A program made the translations under genes and the position numbers. A stretch of DNA of 62,963 nt, filler included, from Reclinomonas americana ATCC 50394 (Eukaryota), in the NCBI GenBank assembly GCA_048213135.1. It is 12 parts of 12 records of this genome, joined end to end, with 100 filler letters (N's around TTAATTAATTAA, not from the genome) between each part and the next. Parts side by side here need not be neighbours in the genome. Positions count along the whole stretch, not along the records: positions 58,610 to 61,545 come from AFZH01023544.1; positions 61,646 to 62,963 come from AFZH01023555.1; 10 more parts are not named here. One strand, written 5' to 3'. This document shows, piece after piece, positions 60,500 to 62,963 of the stretch; the stretch's first letter is position 1, and every line of letters starts with the position of its first letter. Below the pieces are notes generated by a model that had not been told where the DNA came from, searched no databases, and worked only from the letters and a program-made list of their open reading frames with translations.

Positions 60500-61545
60500 C
60501 CACTGAGCACGTCCCTGGGCAAGACTGCGCGCATGTAATACAACGATGAGCAGAGAGATTTTGCGGACCACGCGTGTGCACGCAAATGCCGAAAACAATA
60601 TAATGCGCGTAACTTTACCAAGGCGCGAATATACACGGGTAAGTCCTTGGCATTCTGCGCCGTCGACAACCGATTCTGAACGCGACTGGCAACAACGTCT
60701 CGAAAATGGATCGCTGAAGCGGGGATCGCGCACTGCAGCGCCCACGACACGGCGTCAAAGGGCCCAGGGGCCCGGAATGTGATTGACCGAGCCTCTGGAA
60801 GTGGGTACTGGACGAGATCGACGACGAAAACGAAAGCGGCCTCCACTATCTCACGTTGTCGCTCCAGCGCCAGAAGATGCCTCGAAACTGCGTATCCGGA
60901 AGATTTACGACCTGCAGCAACTGGCTGCAGAAGTTCACGCAGCCGCTCGGTTGTGTGCTGGCGGAGAGCGTCGGCTGGTTCGAGGGGAGACGATGACCAT
61001 GGGTGATGAAGCGGGAATTCTTTGGTTTTCACAGTCAGACCACCAGTGCACCCTGTGTAACAAATAAACAGAACACAATACACACCGGCGCATACAAGCT
61101 TGACTACTCGCGGGTGTTGACCAGTGCGTACAGCCGTTAGCCGTTCAACAGTGTTGCGAAAACGTATCTGGTCGACATCGCCAGCAGGGCAAAAACTGCA
61201 GGCATAATCCGTATCCCAGGAACCCCAGGAAAGACCAAAACATACATCATCCTGTAGCCCGTTGCCTCGCGCACAGGATGCATCAAGAGTTGAGAAAACC
61301 CTCGCACGGGAACCATGTGAAAAACACGATTCTTTGTTCGCGCCAAGACTTTTTAGACAAAAGTGGACGACCACTGTTTTCCTTGACCCACTGTTGCGGC
61401 GCTCTCTGGCGAGCGGAATGGTTCGCGTTGAGTGTAGCAGAGGTCATGGGAACATTTTTGTTTTCGAAGCGCAATGTGTGTTCGGCGGGTGTAACGGCCG
61501 TGTCCGACAAGTGGCCACTCTGCGCAAAGTGCACGACAGACTCTT
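60500..61545 (+). pseudogene. Decayed pogo/Tigger-like (Tc1-mariner superfamily) transposase
   Basis: Across frameshifts and stops: RKWIAEAG..KGPGARNVIDRA-LWKWVLDEI..NWLQKF..WRRAS (CENP-B-type HTH), SPAGQKLQA..GTPGK, RPL-FLD, VFGGCNGRV (DDE_1-like remnants). Confidence 0.55.
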
Positions 61546-62017
61546 NNNNNNNNNNNNNNNNNNNNNNNNNNNNNNNNNNNNNNNNNNNNTTAATTAATTA
61601 ANNNNNNNNNNNNNNNNNNNNNNNNNNNNNNNNNNNNNNNNNNNNAAGCAACAGCTGTCTTGATGACCAAGTTCAACCGAAGCGCAATCGATGTTTTTCG
61701 AATACCGCAGCTCGTTTCGGGTTCTCGCGAATTTATCTCTATTGAAGACTAGGGGTTGCACCAAACCATCCGCCTTCCTGCGCTGAACATATGCAGAAGT
61801 CTCGAAAAACAAGCTGCTGTCGATTTCGAATTCGAATTCGTTGTGCTCCTGCTGCTGAATTCGAATTCGAATGACGAGTGCCATCCTCACCACTTCGTGA
61901 TTACCCATCACAAAGTATAGCATCGCCAGGCCCCCTTGGCCTATCGTTCGCCAACTTCAATTTCGGTCGACCCGCGCAATTTCGCGTGTCAATCAACGTG
62001 AATTTTTTTTGTGAGCA

Positions 62018-62612
62018 ATGGCGACCCGACTGGAGCTGCAGAGCTACTTGCAAGAGAAGCGCGTGGAGGAGATACTATCAGAGGTCGTGCAGGAGGTGCT
62101 GCGCGAGCGACCAGACGGTGTGTGCATGCTCTCTCACGCACACACACACTTGACACACAAAGAAGAGAGCGCGTGCAGTGACCGTTGTTTGCGTGCCTCA
62201 CTCATTTCGGCACTTTTCAACTTTGCGCCACTTTCTCTCTCTCACACTCTCTCTGTGTGTGTGTCTCCACAGATGTCATTGCGTTTATGCAGTCGTCACT
62301 GGAGGAGATGAAGCAGCGTTTTGCCCCGAGAAAGGAGGTGAAGATTGACACACAAAACACAATGAGTGTCATTGTAACGTATTTCTCACGCACACACACG
62401 CGTATACATTGTGCTCTCTCTCTCTCCTCCCCCACTCTCTGTGTGCGTCTCTCTCTCTGTTTGTCTGACTTCTTGTGTATTGTTGTCTGTGTTTGATGTT
62501 TGTGTTTTGTGTGTTTGTTTGTTACACACACACAGGCGCAACCGTTCTTCTTGCCTGAGAGCCCGCTTGACACCGAGTCGGATGCTGACGTGGCGGCGTT
62601 GTTGGGTCGTCG
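62018..62612 (+). CDS. 5' exons of an RIIa/Dpy-30 dimerisation-docking domain protein, probably the PKA regulatory subunit
   Basis: LQSYLQEKRVEEILSEVVQEVLRERPD/DVIAFMQSSLEEMK, then a linker ending LLGRR (possible RRxS inhibitor site). Any cNMP-binding domains lie outside the window. Confidence 0.55.
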
Positions 62613-62963
62613 GTACTCGCAGGCGCGCTCGCGTCGCATGTTGCGTGATCGCCCCCACCCCATCGCACGCACACAAACGCACACACGCGCGCAGACAGAC
62701 AGAAACAGGGAAAGAGGGAGAGAGAGACAGGGTGAGAGAGCAAGGCAGAGAGAAAGAGGGGAGGACGAGAGACAACGCGCGTTTGCACTCTGACAATCGT
62801 GCACACGAATACACACACACACGCACACACACACACACGCACACACACACACACAGAGAGAGAGAGAGATTGTACTTGACAGAGACAGCAGAGAGTGGAG
62901 GGGGGCGAGAGGCAAGCTCATTCACGGCTGACTTACCCTCTCTTTTCTCTCTCTCTCTCTCTC

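Noticed and set aside
60049..61374. 441-aa minus-strand ORF
   Set aside because: No recognisable motifs; the plus strand carries transposase remnants, so it is probably a shadow ORF.
61750..61889. Possible hAT-like MITE (TAGGGGTTGCAC ... GTGCCATCCTCA) with CGAATT repeats
   Set aside because: Only 8 of 12 terminal bases match and there is no 8-bp TSD.

Overview
Intron-dense, GC-rich eukaryotic (protist-like) DNA. The window is 12 contigs joined by eleven artificial 100-nt N..TTAATTAATTAA..N spacers, so adjacency across spacers is unproven. Housekeeping genes: CCT3, NSDHL/ERG26-like sterol dehydrogenase, Asterix, proteasome alpha-1 (PSMA6), PIG-M, NUFIP1, Elf1, SepSecS, a GH35 beta-galactosidase, an EamA/DMT transporter, a probable PKA regulatory subunit and tRNA-Arg(ACG). 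Standout observations: (1) An NLR-like gene with the apparent architecture ubiquitin-like domain, HEPN (RNGLAH), NACHT, pentapeptide repeats and 14 WD40 repeats, followed by an orphan secreted protein and a stand-alone 7-repeat WD40 paralogue; this looks like a candidate immune receptor with an RNase effector. (2) About 28 introns use a one-nucleotide-shifted donor (GTTGCGT and variants), nearly always after a non-G exon base. (3) An apparently intact, intron-rich CACTA/EnSpm transposase with two divergently transcribed, probably paralogous accessory genes. (4) A MOB1-like/PH fusion, a MITE with a 10-bp TSD just upstream of CCT3, and a decayed pogo transposase. All gene models and family calls were made by eye; no database searches were run.
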